A stretch of 64,000 bases of DNA from Alphaproteobacteria bacterium (lineage in GTDB: Bacteria > Pseudomonadota > Alphaproteobacteria > Caulobacterales > Hyphomonadaceae), in the NCBI GenBank assembly GCA_018830285.1, contig JAHJSB010000012.1, positions 11,433-75,432 on the forward strand, in the 5' to 3' direction. The notes under the pieces are model-generated. The model was not told where the DNA came from. It was given only the letters and a program-made list of their open reading frames with translations, and did no database searches. Positions 29,737 to 39,688 of this stretch are shown piece after piece (the stretch's first letter is position 1; each line of letters begins with the position of its first letter). The translations under genes were made by a program, and so were the position numbers.

Positions 29737-30957
29737 TCAGACTGACTGAGCATCCGCGTCCGGCTGATCCGGGACGGGCGACGTCCACTGGCCATGATTT
29801 TCCTGCAGCCACGCCATCACATCCTTGCCGGCAAGCGGTCTCGCAATCATGTAGCCCTGGGCGAAGGTCGCACCCGCCTTTCTGAAATAGTCCAGCTGCT
29901 CTTGCGTCTCCACACCTTCGGCCACCACCGACATATTCAGCAGTCGGGCAAGCTTCAGGCTCGTGGCAACCGCCAGGCGCGCGAAGCTGTCGGTCAGCAC
30001 ATCCTGAACAAAAATCAGATCGAGTTTCAGCTCGGAAAACGGGTAGAGTCGCAACTGTTCGAAACTCGTGGCGCCGGTGCCAAAATCGTCAACGCTCAGA
30101 CGGAACCCCTTGATTCTCAGACGGGAGAGCACCTCCAGGACGTCGGCCGAGTATTTGACGAACTGGTTTTCCGTCACTTCCAGCGTGACCATGTGCGGCG
30201 AAAGGCCAGTCTCGTCGAGCACCGACATGATGCGCTCCGGAAAGTTCTTGTCCAGGAGCAGGCTTGGACTGATATTGAACGCAAATCCGAGATCGAACCC
30301 GTCAGCGCGCCATGAGCGGGCCTGAAGTGCTACCTGTTCGATCTGGCGCAATGTCAGCTCAAGCATCATGCCGAACGATTCACTCGCCAGCAAATACCCA
30401 TATGCGCTTTGCAGGCCCGCGCCCGGCTGGGCGTACCTTGCGAGCACTTCAAAGTTGTTTATCTCACCTTTGACGAGATCAAGCTTCGGCTGGTAAACCG
30501 GCACGATCGCGTTTGCGTCCAGCGCCGCCCTCACCTCCTCCCGGGAGACTTCGATCATTTGCGCGGACGGCTGACTTGCCCCGAGCAAGATCAATTTCTG
30601 CAGCTTGGTTGCGTTGAGAGGCTTCTTCAGCGCCCCCAACATTCGGACACCCGCCAACCGGGCCATCGCGTCGACAGTCTCGATAACGGCCCGATTCTCG
30701 CTGCTGACGACGATCAGGGCTCCGGAGTAATGGCGGCTGCCAAGTTCGCGCAGCACCAGGACCCCGTCGATATTCGGCATGTTCAGGTCGCACAGGATAA
30801 GGTCGAACGCCTCGGGCCGGTCTGCGACCATCTGCAGACCTTCGGCGCCGTCCCGCGCGAGCACCACCTCGCCAGCGCCCAGTGCAAGCAACGTCTCTTC
30901 GGCGACCACGCGGAAAAGTGGATCATCGTCAATTACGAGAACGTTGCGAAGGACCAT
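29737..30957 (-). CDS. Response regulator with EAL domain (REC-EAL c-di-GMP phosphodiesterase)
   Basis: REC: IDDD, CDLNMP, KKP. EAL: YQPK, EVLAR, NIS, EVTE, DDFGTG, ELKLD, AEGVET, QGY. Confidence 0.95.
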   Translation of the reverse strand: MVLRNVLVIDDDPLFRVVAEETLLALGAGEVVLARDGAEGLQMVADRPEAFDLILCDLNMPNIDGVLVLRELGSRHYSGALIVVSSENRAVIETVDAMARLAGVRMLGALKKPLNATKLQKLILLGASQPSAQMIEVSREEVRAALDANAIVPVYQPKLDLVKGEINNFEVLARYAQPGAGLQSAYGYLLASESFGMMLELTLRQIEQVALQARSWRADGFDLGFAFNISPSLLLDKNFPERIMSVLDETGLSPHMVTLEVTENQFVKYSADVLEVLSRLRIKGFRLSVDDFGTGATSFEQLRLYPFSELKLDLIFVQDVLTDSFARLAVATSLKLARLLNMSVVAEGVETQEQLDYFRKAGATFAQGYMIARPLAGKDVMAWLQENHGQWTSPVPDQPDADAQSV

Positions 30958-31040
30958 AAACGCGAATGCCTGACTGTAAAAGCAGCACTAATTCGCATCA
31001 GGTCTTTACAACCCTATAATATGCTGCGGTTCAATTGCAG

Positions 31041-32375
31041 CTACTGCAGAAGGCGGACCGACGTATCCTGCTTGGGTCCGACACCGTCCGGAACCGGAAT
31101 GTCCGACGCATCATAATTGGTCTGGATGACGAGGTTGGGGCCGTTGTCCAACTCGAAAGTCTTGGCAATAATCACGGTATATTCGGACCTGTCAGCGACG
31201 GGTGAGTTTCCGTCGACGACCAATTTGTCATCAGGCAGGTAGATCGTGCCAACCAAGCGACGAGCGTTGTCGCTTTCGATCACGTGGCCCTTCTTGAGTT
31301 TTTTGCCCATCTTTGATGGCCTTTCCGGCGGGTTGGCAGGGTTCGCATAGAACAGCATGCCCGTCATGGCGCCGGACTTTGGCGCCGTCAGGTCGACGGT
31401 CGACTTGGCTTCAAAGTTGAGTTTGGTCTCGTCACCCGTCAGAAAGAATCCGACGTTTTCACCCGCCATCGAGCCACCATTGGACACCTCAAGCAGGCCA
31501 TCCTTGATAATATAGATGCCAGGCCGAAGTTCGACTTTCCCGCCATCGATGACGAGACCGCCACAATACGTGCCGGGGTCCAGTGTCTTCGTGACCACCG
31601 CCGGGGCGTTTTTCTTCCGGGATTTCCGCGCCTTGGTGTACTTCGCGCCCGCACCAGTCACGACGAAATCGTTCTCGTCGCACATCCCCACGCGGGGCAT
31701 CGGACGACCGGCAAGCGGGTCGCCGATTTGAGGCGCGTCCGTGACGGGTTGCTTCATCGTGTCTGTCGGGGCGCCTTTGAAACCGCCTGCAGAATAAAGA
31801 AAATCTGCCGTGACCTGGGCGGATTCCTTCACAACGATGGAATTCGTACTTTTCGAGTTGGAGTAAATTGCGCATTTGGCAGCTGTAATGCGTGCCCTCG
31901 AGGCCATATAGATCGTATTGCTGGCATCGCCCGACAGGCCGATCATGCAGATGTTGCCCGCTTCACCAGCCAATCGGGCTGTGGCGGATGCAGACAGCGA
32001 TTCTACTTTTGCCGCAGGTCCGGGAAAGAAGGTTTTTGCCGGCGCACGGACCGTGACGTCAACCGTTAGCGTGTCCAAATGCGCCTGCGCAATCGCGCTG
32101 ACATTCGGATTTTCGGCTGTCGCCGTGACGAATGCCTTTGCGGCTTCCTCGATGCGCTGGCCGTTATTGGCCGAGATTGCGAACTCGCGTGCCGCGGAGA
32201 GGGCCGCGTTGTCGGCGAGCACTTGCAGGGACTTCTTCTGTCCTTCGAGTGCCGACATATCGATGACCCCGCCAACAATGGCCGACAGCGCGCAAAAGGC
32301 CACAGCAGCGGGGACAACCACGTTGCCACCGGTGTCTAGGACGAATGAAATGACGCGCTGGAAAGGGGTATTCAT
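31041..32375 (-). CDS. TadG-like Flp pilus assembly/adhesin protein
   Basis: N-terminal Tad motif GGNV...GGVID...LQVLADNAALSAARE; Cys-containing beta-rich C-terminus (PGTYCGGL, PGIYII, VGTIYLP). Confidence 0.8.
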   Translation of the reverse strand: MNTPFQRVISFVLDTGGNVVVPAAVAFCALSAIVGGVIDMSALEGQKKSLQVLADNAALSAAREFAISANNGQRIEEAAKAFVTATAENPNVSAIAQAHLDTLTVDVTVRAPAKTFFPGPAAKVESLSASATARLAGEAGNICMIGLSGDASNTIYMASRARITAAKCAIYSNSKSTNSIVVKESAQVTADFLYSAGGFKGAPTDTMKQPVTDAPQIGDPLAGRPMPRVGMCDENDFVVTGAGAKYTKARKSRKKNAPAVVTKTLDPGTYCGGLVIDGGKVELRPGIYIIKDGLLEVSNGGSMAGENVGFFLTGDETKLNFEAKSTVDLTAPKSGAMTGMLFYANPANPPERPSKMGKKLKKGHVIESDNARRLVGTIYLPDDKLVVDGNSPVADRSEYTVIIAKTFELDNGPNLVIQTNYDASDIPVPDGVGPKQDTSVRLLQ

Positions 32376-32535
32376 ACTTGGGTACTCGACATTTTATGAT
32401 TTAGCTATCGTACTAACGTTACAGAAGCCCGCGCCAGATCGCTCAATTTTCATTGAATTTTTCACCCGGATTTGAGCCTTTCTTGGTTAATTTCTGCGAC
32501 GTTGCAGGCTGTTCCATTGAGAAGTAGCCGCCACC

Positions 32536-35223
32536 TTGAACACTTCGCCCCCAACTGTGCCGATCCACCGCTCCATCCGGCTCCGTCTGACGCTGCTTGT
32601 GGTGGTCCTGATCATCACGACCGTGATGACGATTTCGGGCTTCATGGCCCGGAAGGGCTTCGAGCGCGAAGTCGCCAGCCAGCAGAGCCTGCTCGCAGGT
32701 GCTGCATCCGCCTATGCCGCGGCCATCGCGGACCCCGTCGCGGGCAATGACAAGGCCGCAGCAGTCGCGATGCTGCGCGGCGTGCGTGACCTGCCGGGCA
32801 TCGTCCAGACAGACATCACCTTGGCCAACGGCCGCGTGTTCGCGCAGCTGGGCAGCGGTGCAATCCTGCTCGGCCGGGACGATGCCAGTGCGCTGACCGC
32901 ACGCGACCTGTTTTCCTCACGCCAGATGCATGTCGAAATTCCGATCCTTAATGGCGGCGAACAGGTCGGCAAGCTCGGCATGCTGGCCGACATTTCCACG
33001 CTTCGCAAAGCTGTGTTCGACAGCCTCCGGGCCACCGCCATCATGTCGCTGGTGGCCATCATTGCCGGGATCGCCCTGGCACAATGGCCCATTACCCACC
33101 TGACGCGCCCCTTGCGCCAGCTGACAGCAATGATGGCTGCGTTTCGCGACGATGAAGCGGCGTCGATCGAACGGATCCAGGGTGGACGCGACGAGACCGG
33201 CGTCCTCGCCGAAACCTTCAACACAATGATCGGCAGCATTGTCGAACGCGACGCCAGGCTCGCACGCCATCTCGCGTCGCTCGAGCAAACCGTCGAGGAG
33301 CGCACGCACAGCCTGCGGCTCGCGCGCGATGAGGCCGAAGCCGCCAACGCAGCGAAGTCCAACTTCCTCGCAACAATGAGCCATGAAATCCGCACCCCCA
33401 TGAACGGCATGATGGTGATGGCCGAGATGCTGACCTCCGCCGACCTCTCGCCGCGTCATCGTCGGTATGCCGACATTATTTCCAGGTCAGGCAAGAGCCT
33501 GCTGACGATCATCAACGATATTCTCGACCTGTCCAAGATCGAGTCCGGCAAGATGGACCTTGAGATACTGCCCGTCTCGCTTGATTCCCTCGTAGCCGAT
33601 GTCGCCAGCCTGTTCTGGGAGCGCGCCCGTGAAAAGGGCCTGCAGCTGGCGACCTATGTCTCACCAGATGTACCCGTCTCGATCATGGCAGACCCCACCC
33701 GCCTGAACCAGATCGTCACGAACCTCGTCAATAATGCGTTGAAGTTTACGGAATCAGGCGGAGTCACAATCCGTGTCGGTGCGCGCCCCTGCCCTGGCAC
33801 GAAATCGGTGACGATCAGCATCGACGTAGAAGATTCCGGCATCGGCATCCCCGAGGACAAGATCGGCGCCGTGTTCGAAGCGTTTTCCCAGGCCGATCAG
33901 TCTACGACCCGGAAATATGGCGGCACCGGCCTCGGCCTTTCGATCTGCAGCCGACTGGCTGACGCGATGGGCGGAACGATAACGGTGGAGAGCGAGCCCG
34001 GACGCGGCAGCGTGTTCCGGCTTGAAGTCGTCCTGCCGGTTGATCAGGCCGCGCCAGCCCTTGCGTGGGTCGGTTTGTCGGCCATGGTCAGTGTCGGAGC
34101 GGGGCAAGTCCAGGACACGCTTGAGCGCAGCCTGCGCGACTTTGGCTGTACGATTGTGTCGGGTGACGCCGACTTCATGATCGCGACATCGACCACGCTG
34201 CAGGCCAATGCGGCCCCAGCCGGCGTGCCATGCATCGTTCTTTCCGATATCGGCGATACGATGGCCGACGCGCTCCTGCGCGACGGTGCAGCCGTCGATG
34301 CGCTCGCGAATCCGGTCTCGCGCGCCGAGCTGGCGGACCTCCTCGCCCGCGTCGCATCAGGAGACTATCTCGGCACTGCCGTGCGCGATTCCAGGACAAC
34401 ACACGCCGAAACGCCGTCATTCGAAGGCAAGTCGATCCTTGCTGTCGATGATAATCCGGTCAACCGCGAAGTGCTTCGCGAGACGCTTGGCACGCTCAGG
34501 ATTGCGGTGACGTTCGCGGTGAATGGCCAGGAAGCGGTTGAAAAGGCAGCAGCGGGGTCCTTTGACATCATTCTCATGGACGGTTCGATGCCGGTCATGG
34601 GTGGTATCGAAGCGACACAGCTGATCCGGGCGCACGAGGCCAGGACCGGGTCGCCGCGCACCCGCCTCCTCGCGCTGACGGCGCAGGTCAGCGGCGATGA
34701 TGCCAGCACCTGGCGCAGCGCTGGCGCAGATGGATACCTGCCGAAGCCGTTCACGATGGAGCGCCTGATAGCCGCCCTGTCCGATGCGGACTCGCCGGAA
34801 GCGGCGATTCAGGCGGGCCAGCCTGGTCCGGCGGACGCCACCGGCGAGCTCCTCGCCATGGACACGCTTGCCAGCATGGATGCGCTCGGGTCGCAATCGG
34901 GCCGGAATGTCCGCCAGCGCATCTGGACCATGTTCCACGCAGAGGCGCCGCGCGCCTGCACCGGACTGGCCGCGCTGATCAACTCGGGTGCAGCCAACCC
35001 GGAAATCGTTCGTCAAGCGCACGCACTCAAATCGATGGCGCTGAGCGCTGGCGCCAAGGAGGTCGCGCAGATCTGCCAATCGCTTGAGCGGGACGCAGGC
35101 AACGGCCTGCGCCAAGACGGCTTGGCCGAGACGGTGGTCTCTCTGGCATCTGCTCTGGAGGCAACCTACAACGCGATGGGATTCCACGCAGACGACGAGG
35201 AACCTGCCCGGTCGGCCTCCTGA
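32536..35223 (+). CDS. Hybrid sensor histidine kinase (periplasmic sensor-HAMP-HisKA-HATPase-REC-Hpt)
   Basis: Two TMs, HAMP ([12 protein letters not shown]), [36 protein letters not shown] (VDDN...MDGSMP...KP), Hpt AHALKS; TTG start. Confidence 0.95.
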   Translation: MNTSPPTVPIHRSIRLRLTLLVVVLIITTVMTISGFMARKGFEREVASQQSLLAGAASAYAAAIADPVAGNDKAAAVAMLRGVRDLPGIVQTDITLANGRVFAQLGSGAILLGRDDASALTARDLFSSRQMHVEIPILNGGEQVGKLGMLADISTLRKAVFDSLRATAIMSLVAIIAGIALAQWPITHLTRPLRQLTAMMAAFRDDEAASIERIQGGRDETGVLAETFNTMIGSIVERDARLARHLASLEQTVEERTHSLRLARDEAEAANAAKSNFLATMSHEIRTPMNGMMVMAEMLTSADLSPRHRRYADIISRSGKSLLTIINDILDLSKIESGKMDLEILPVSLDSLVADVASLFWERAREKGLQLATYVSPDVPVSIMADPTRLNQIVTNLVNNALKFTESGGVTIRVGARPCPGTKSVTISIDVEDSGIGIPEDKIGAVFEAFSQADQSTTRKYGGTGLGLSICSRLADAMGGTITVESEPGRGSVFRLEVVLPVDQAAPALAWVGLSAMVSVGAGQVQDTLERSLRDFGCTIVSGDADFMIATSTTLQANAAPAGVPCIVLSDIGDTMADALLRDGAAVDALANPVSRAELADLLARVASGDYLGTAVRDSRTTHAETPSFEGKSILAVDDNPVNREVLRETLGTLRIAVTFAVNGQEAVEKAAAGSFDIILMDGSMPVMGGIEATQLIRAHEARTGSPRTRLLALTAQVSGDDASTWRSAGADGYLPKPFTMERLIAALSDADSPEAAIQAGQPGPADATGELLAMDTLASMDALGSQSGRNVRQRIWTMFHAEAPRACTGLAALINSGAANPEIVRQAHALKSMALSAGAKEVAQICQSLERDAGNGLRQDGLAETVVSLASALEATYNAMGFHADDEEPARSAS

Positions 35224-35233
35224 CTGATTGACC

Positions 35234-37510
35234 TCATCGTAGCGAGGATAACACGTCGAATGGACTGGACGGTGTCACGTCACTCGATTTGGGCCTGTCC
35301 TGCGCCACGCGGCCCGGCGCCTGCTTGAGACTGAGGCCGATCCGTTTGCGTGCAATATCCACGTCGAGAACGAGAACCCTAACCACCTGCCCGGTGCTGA
35401 CCACCGTATGAGGATCCTTGACGAACGTGTCCGAGAGTTCCGAAATATGGACGAGGCCGTCCTGATGCACGCCGATATCCACAAATGCGCCGAAGGCGGT
35501 GACGTTCGTGATAACACCTTCGAGACGCATTCCCGGCTCAAGGTCGGACACTTTTTCGATACCGTCCTTGAACGTAGCCGTCTTGAATTCCGGGCGCGGA
35601 TCGCGCCCAGGCTTTTCAAGTTCAACCAGGATGTCTTTTACCGTCGGAACGCCGAAGATCGCATCGGCAAACTCTTCCGGCTTCAGCTTGGCCAGGAAGG
35701 CCCTGTCGCCGATCAAATCGCTCAGCTTCCGACCTGTTTTCTTGGCGATGCGCTCAACCACGGAATAGGCCTCCGGGTGCACCGAGGAGCCATCGAGCGG
35801 GTTCTTGCCCTTTGCTATACGTAGGAATCCGGCAGCCTGCTCGAAGGCCTTGGGGCCCAGCCGGGGCACCTTTTTAAGGTCACTCCGCGACTTGAACGGA
35901 CCGTTCTTGTCGCGATAGGCTACGATATTCGCAGCAATGGTCGCATTCAGCCCCGCGACGCGGGTGAGAAGCGACGCAGAGGCCGTGTTGACGTCCACCC
36001 CGACGGTGTTGACGCATGCTTCGATAACACCATCCAGCGAGCGGGCCAGAGCAGACTGGTCGACATCGTGCTGATACTGGCCCACGCCGATTGCCTTGGG
36101 TTCGATTTTTACCAGTTCCGCCAGCGGGTCCTGCAGGCGGCGCGCAATGGAAACCGCACCGCGAATACTCACATCGAGGTCCGGGAATTCCTTAGCCGCC
36201 AGTTCGGAGGCGGAATAGACCGAGGCACCGGCTTCCGAGACCATGAGGCGCGTCAGGTTGAGGTCGGGCAGTTTCGCAGACAGGTCCGCCACCAGTTTCT
36301 CCGTCTCGCGTCCTGCCGTGCCATTGCCGACGCTGACAAGTTCCACCCTGTGCTTCTTGCAAAGGGCTGCGAGCGTCGCGAGCGAGCCTGCCCAATCCTT
36401 GCGCGGCTCGTGCGGGTAAATCGTCGCCGTATCGAGCAACTTGCCCGTCGCATCGACGACCGCGATCTTGCAGCCCGTGCGAATGCCCGGGTCGATGCCC
36501 ATGACCACTTTCGGGCCCGCCGGCGCCGCCATGAGGAGATCGCGCATGTTCATTGAAAAGATCCGGATGGCTTCGCCGTCCGCAGACTCTTTCAACCGGG
36601 TGATCGATTCCCGCGAGCTGGCGGGCTCGAGCTTGCTCTTCCACGCGGCTTGGGCGGTTTCCGCCAGCCAGTCGTCGCCGGGGCGCCCCTTCCTGGCGAT
36701 GCCGAATTCGGTGCAGATCTCCCGCACTGCCGGATGGTCACGCGGATCAGCGTGCGGCACGGCGAGCTTGACGCGCAGGATGCCTTCCTTCTGCCCACGC
36801 AGCAGTGCGAGCGCCCGGTGCGATGGCATCACGTTGATGGGTTCATCGAATTCAAAATAGTCAGCGAACTTGGCGCCTTCAGTCTCCTTGCCCTTTACGA
36901 CGGAGGAGCCGAGCTTGCCGCTTGACCAGACGGTCTCACGGATCTTGCGCACCAGACGCGGCGTTTCCGCCATCTTCTCGACGATGATCTCGCGCGCGCC
37001 GTCCAGCGCGCTGTCCTGATCAGAGACGCCTTTCTTGGCCGACACGAAGCCTTTCGCTTCCGATGCGGGCAACAGCGCCGGATTGGACAGCAGCCGCTCG
37101 GCGAGCGGCTCCAGGCCTGCCTCCTTCGCGATCGTCGCCTTTGTGCGCCGCTTCACCTTGTACGGCGTGTAGATGTCTTCCAGCTCGACCTTGGTCCCCG
37201 CGGCCATGATTTCCCGCTCCAGCGCAGGTGTCAGCTTGTCTTGCTCCCGAATGGCGTTCAGCACGACCACGCGTCGGCTGGCGAGATCCGTCAGGTATTC
37301 AAGGCGTTGGGTGAGCGCCCTGAGTTGCGTGTCATCCAGCCCCCCGGTGCGCTCCTTGCGATAGCGCGCGATAAAGGGAACTGTCGCGCCCTCGTCCAGC
37401 AGATCCATGACGGCTGACACCTGACGCTCCACGACGCCAAGTTCCTCAGCAATCTGTCGTGCAATGGCGTTCCCGGCAGGGGAAACAGTGGAGCGTGATG
37501 TGGCGGTCAT
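35234..37510 (-). CDS. tex: Tex family RNA-binding transcriptional accessory protein
   Basis: GATVPFIARYRKERTGGLD, GIDPGIRTGCK, SEAGASVYSAS, GVGQYQHDV, C-terminal S1 domain. Confidence 0.97.
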   Translation of the reverse strand: MTATSRSTVSPAGNAIARQIAEELGVVERQVSAVMDLLDEGATVPFIARYRKERTGGLDDTQLRALTQRLEYLTDLASRRVVVLNAIREQDKLTPALEREIMAAGTKVELEDIYTPYKVKRRTKATIAKEAGLEPLAERLLSNPALLPASEAKGFVSAKKGVSDQDSALDGAREIIVEKMAETPRLVRKIRETVWSSGKLGSSVVKGKETEGAKFADYFEFDEPINVMPSHRALALLRGQKEGILRVKLAVPHADPRDHPAVREICTEFGIARKGRPGDDWLAETAQAAWKSKLEPASSRESITRLKESADGEAIRIFSMNMRDLLMAAPAGPKVVMGIDPGIRTGCKIAVVDATGKLLDTATIYPHEPRKDWAGSLATLAALCKKHRVELVSVGNGTAGRETEKLVADLSAKLPDLNLTRLMVSEAGASVYSASELAAKEFPDLDVSIRGAVSIARRLQDPLAELVKIEPKAIGVGQYQHDVDQSALARSLDGVIEACVNTVGVDVNTASASLLTRVAGLNATIAANIVAYRDKNGPFKSRSDLKKVPRLGPKAFEQAAGFLRIAKGKNPLDGSSVHPEAYSVVERIAKKTGRKLSDLIGDRAFLAKLKPEEFADAIFGVPTVKDILVELEKPGRDPRPEFKTATFKDGIEKVSDLEPGMRLEGVITNVTAFGAFVDIGVHQDGLVHISELSDTFVKDPHTVVSTGQVVRVLVLDVDIARKRIGLSLKQAPGRVAQDRPKSSDVTPSSPFDVLSSLR

Positions 37511-37704
37511 GGATTAAGGCCTTTGAAATGCAGTGGATCGGTGCGCCCGGGCGCGGGCGAACCGGCAAATTCACCGCAAATCGTTCACACCTCGTTTACG
37601 CTTGGAAAAAAGGATGCAGCGACAGCTTTCCCAGCGCCATGCGATGCCGGAGGTGCTCATTGCCACGTCCGGACCGGACTCATCAGCTCGGGCCCTTTTT
37701 CCAG

Positions 37705-37743
37705 TGGTGCCGGTTGAGAGACTCGAACTCCTGCCCTTCTGAT
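37705..37743 (-). pseudogene. 3' half of a tRNA-Thr-like gene (att-type integration scar)
   Basis: Minus strand reads ATCAG-AAGGGC-AGGAG-TTCGAGT-CTCTC-AACCGGC-ACCA: anticodon-stem 3' arm, variable loop, T arm, acceptor 3' strand and CCA. No D arm or 5' acceptor strand upstream. Confidence 0.8.
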
Positions 37744-37774
37744 CAAAAAAGACGACCACCCAGAAACCGGCGCC

Positions 37775-38119
37775 CTATTCTCCACGAAGTGTGCCCGTCA
37801 AAGCGTCAATTATTGCTTCGCGCACTTCGCTGGGCTGGGCATCAACCGCCTTGCCCAGACTGAATAACTGGTTCCGGAGGGTGTGAACCTGGTCGAGTAG
37901 CGTACAGACGACCCCAAGCGCTTCATTGGTCAGGTCAAAGTCATCAACGAGATCGCACAGCAATTCCAGACGAGCGACGTCAGTTGCGTCAAACCGTTTC
38001 TCGCCATTGTCAGCGGCTCTTATCAGGCCTTCGTCAACCCAGCAGGTCAGGCGGTCAACCGACAATCGGCTTACGCGGACGATCAGCTCGGCTTGCGTAA
38101 AGAATTCGGCGTCTCTCAA
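37775..38119 (-). CDS. cbpM: Chaperone modulator CbpM / MerR-like
   Basis: WVDEGLI...FDATDVARLELLCDLVDDFDLTNEALGVVCTLLDQV; TTG start after AGGAG overlaps the cbpA TGA (TTGA). Confidence 0.8.
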   Translation of the reverse strand: MRDAEFFTQAELIVRVSRLSVDRLTCWVDEGLIRAADNGEKRFDATDVARLELLCDLVDDFDLTNEALGVVCTLLDQVHTLRNQLFSLGKAVDAQPSEVREAIIDALTGTLRGE

Positions 38120-39063
38120 CGTTCTACTCCTTTGGCCCATGTTGCACGCGCATCATACGGATGGCGCTTCGACCAGGACGCGAGAGCCGCCTTGATTTCG
38201 TCATCGATAGTGCTGGCATCGGGTAACGTGACTGACAACTCCACATACTGGTGTCCTGACGGGCGCCCCTTCGCCTTGATCCCCTGATGCTTGAGTCTGA
38301 GCTTCTGACCTGAGCTGGAGCCGGGTGGTATCGTCAGCTTGAGCTTGCCGTGTAAAGTGGGAACCTCGATCTGCCCCCCCAATGCTGCTTCTGTCAGGCT
38401 GATGGGCACAGTGATCAAGATATTATCGCCATCGCGATGAAACAATGGGTGGCTTTCCACCTTTATCTCGATCAGGGCATCACCGGCCGGTCCCCCATTC
38501 AAACCGCCATCGCCCTGGCCCTTCAGCCGCAAGCTCTGACCATCCTTCAACCCCGCAGGAATGGTGACCTTGAGATCTGATCCGTCCGGCATGGCCAGCA
38601 TGCGCTCACCGCCTCTTGCCGCTTCCAAAAACGACACAGACAAGAAATAGCGTCGGTCTCGTCCAGGCATCGGCCTCTTGGCCTGAGCGCGCTCACCCGC
38701 GCGGGCCCGTCTTAGAAGCTCAGCAAACAGTTCAGACTGGTCCCCGAAATCCGCAAAGCTTTCCTGGTCTTCGTAGCGGTTACCGGCGGAGGTTCCGGCA
38801 TGATCGCGATAGTACGAACGCTGGCGTTGCGGCGCCTCTTGCCCGGATGCGTCAATTTCTCCAAGATCATATCGCTTGCGGAGCGCTTCGTCACCGAGGA
38901 TTGCGTAGGCAGAGGAAATCGCCTTGAAACGGTCAGCGGCCGCCGTGTTGCCCGGATTGAGGTCTGGGTGATATGCCTTTGCTGCCTTTCGGTAGGTTGA
39001 CTTGATCTCAGCCGCGCTGGCGTCGCGAGGTACGCCCATAATGTCATAGAGACTCTCAGCCAT
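38116..39063 (-). CDS. cbpA: DnaJ-class curved-DNA-binding co-chaperone
   Basis: J domain with HPD; no Zn finger; DnaJ_C repeats (IPAGLKDGQSLRLKGQG, IPPGSSSGQKLRLK). Confidence 0.88.
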   Translation of the reverse strand: MAESLYDIMGVPRDASAAEIKSTYRKAAKAYHPDLNPGNTAAADRFKAISSAYAILGDEALRKRYDLGEIDASGQEAPQRQRSYYRDHAGTSAGNRYEDQESFADFGDQSELFAELLRRARAGERAQAKRPMPGRDRRYFLSVSFLEAARGGERMLAMPDGSDLKVTIPAGLKDGQSLRLKGQGDGGLNGGPAGDALIEIKVESHPLFHRDGDNILITVPISLTEAALGGQIEVPTLHGKLKLTIPPGSSSGQKLRLKHQGIKAKGRPSGHQYVELSVTLPDASTIDDEIKAALASWSKRHPYDARATWAKGVER

Positions 39064-39688
39064 CGCGAATTATACCCTCAAAGGTCTCAACTATCTCAGC
39101 TCACAGGGTCCCTTTTAATTCGATTGGAAACGGAATTCTATGTGACAAATACCTAGCCTGAGAGTACTTGTCACCGATCTGTCCCACAGTCGCTGACGGG
39201 GAACACGCGCGCTAGATCAGGACACCGTCCACCAGCCCGTGACAAAGCGGGTTACAGACACGCGCAAGATTGAGGACTGGCGGGGGTTTGGGGCCCAGGC
39301 AGGTCATCGCTGGAAAACAACACTCGGCATCCTTCAGCGCCAGAGGCGCCAAAGGCGCTCACTAGCGAGATGCTCACCGTGCGCGCGGCATGCCAATCCT
39401 GAGCGCCATCATAATGAAGCGACGTGCCCACCGATCGATTGCCGCCGGGTGCTGTCATGTGTCCGGCCTGTTGGCGCGGCATCAGGGCTATGCGCTAGCA
39501 CCAACGCCCATCACAGCGCGTTGGGCTGGTTTCGCCGGACCAGACTTATCTAGCTGGACGCCATCCGCCCGGATTTCTACGCGAGCGGGCAGACACTCCG
39601 GGTTTTACCATTGAGCTGAACACGGTGGGCAAGTGCAATTTCCAAGCACTATGATCGCATGCTCTGACCGCCCTGGTCGGCTAATCTG

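Noticed and set aside
37690-37790. Intact tRNA gene
   Set aside because: Only the 3' half is present; no D arm, anticodon 5' arm or GCCGG acceptor 5' strand lies upstream.
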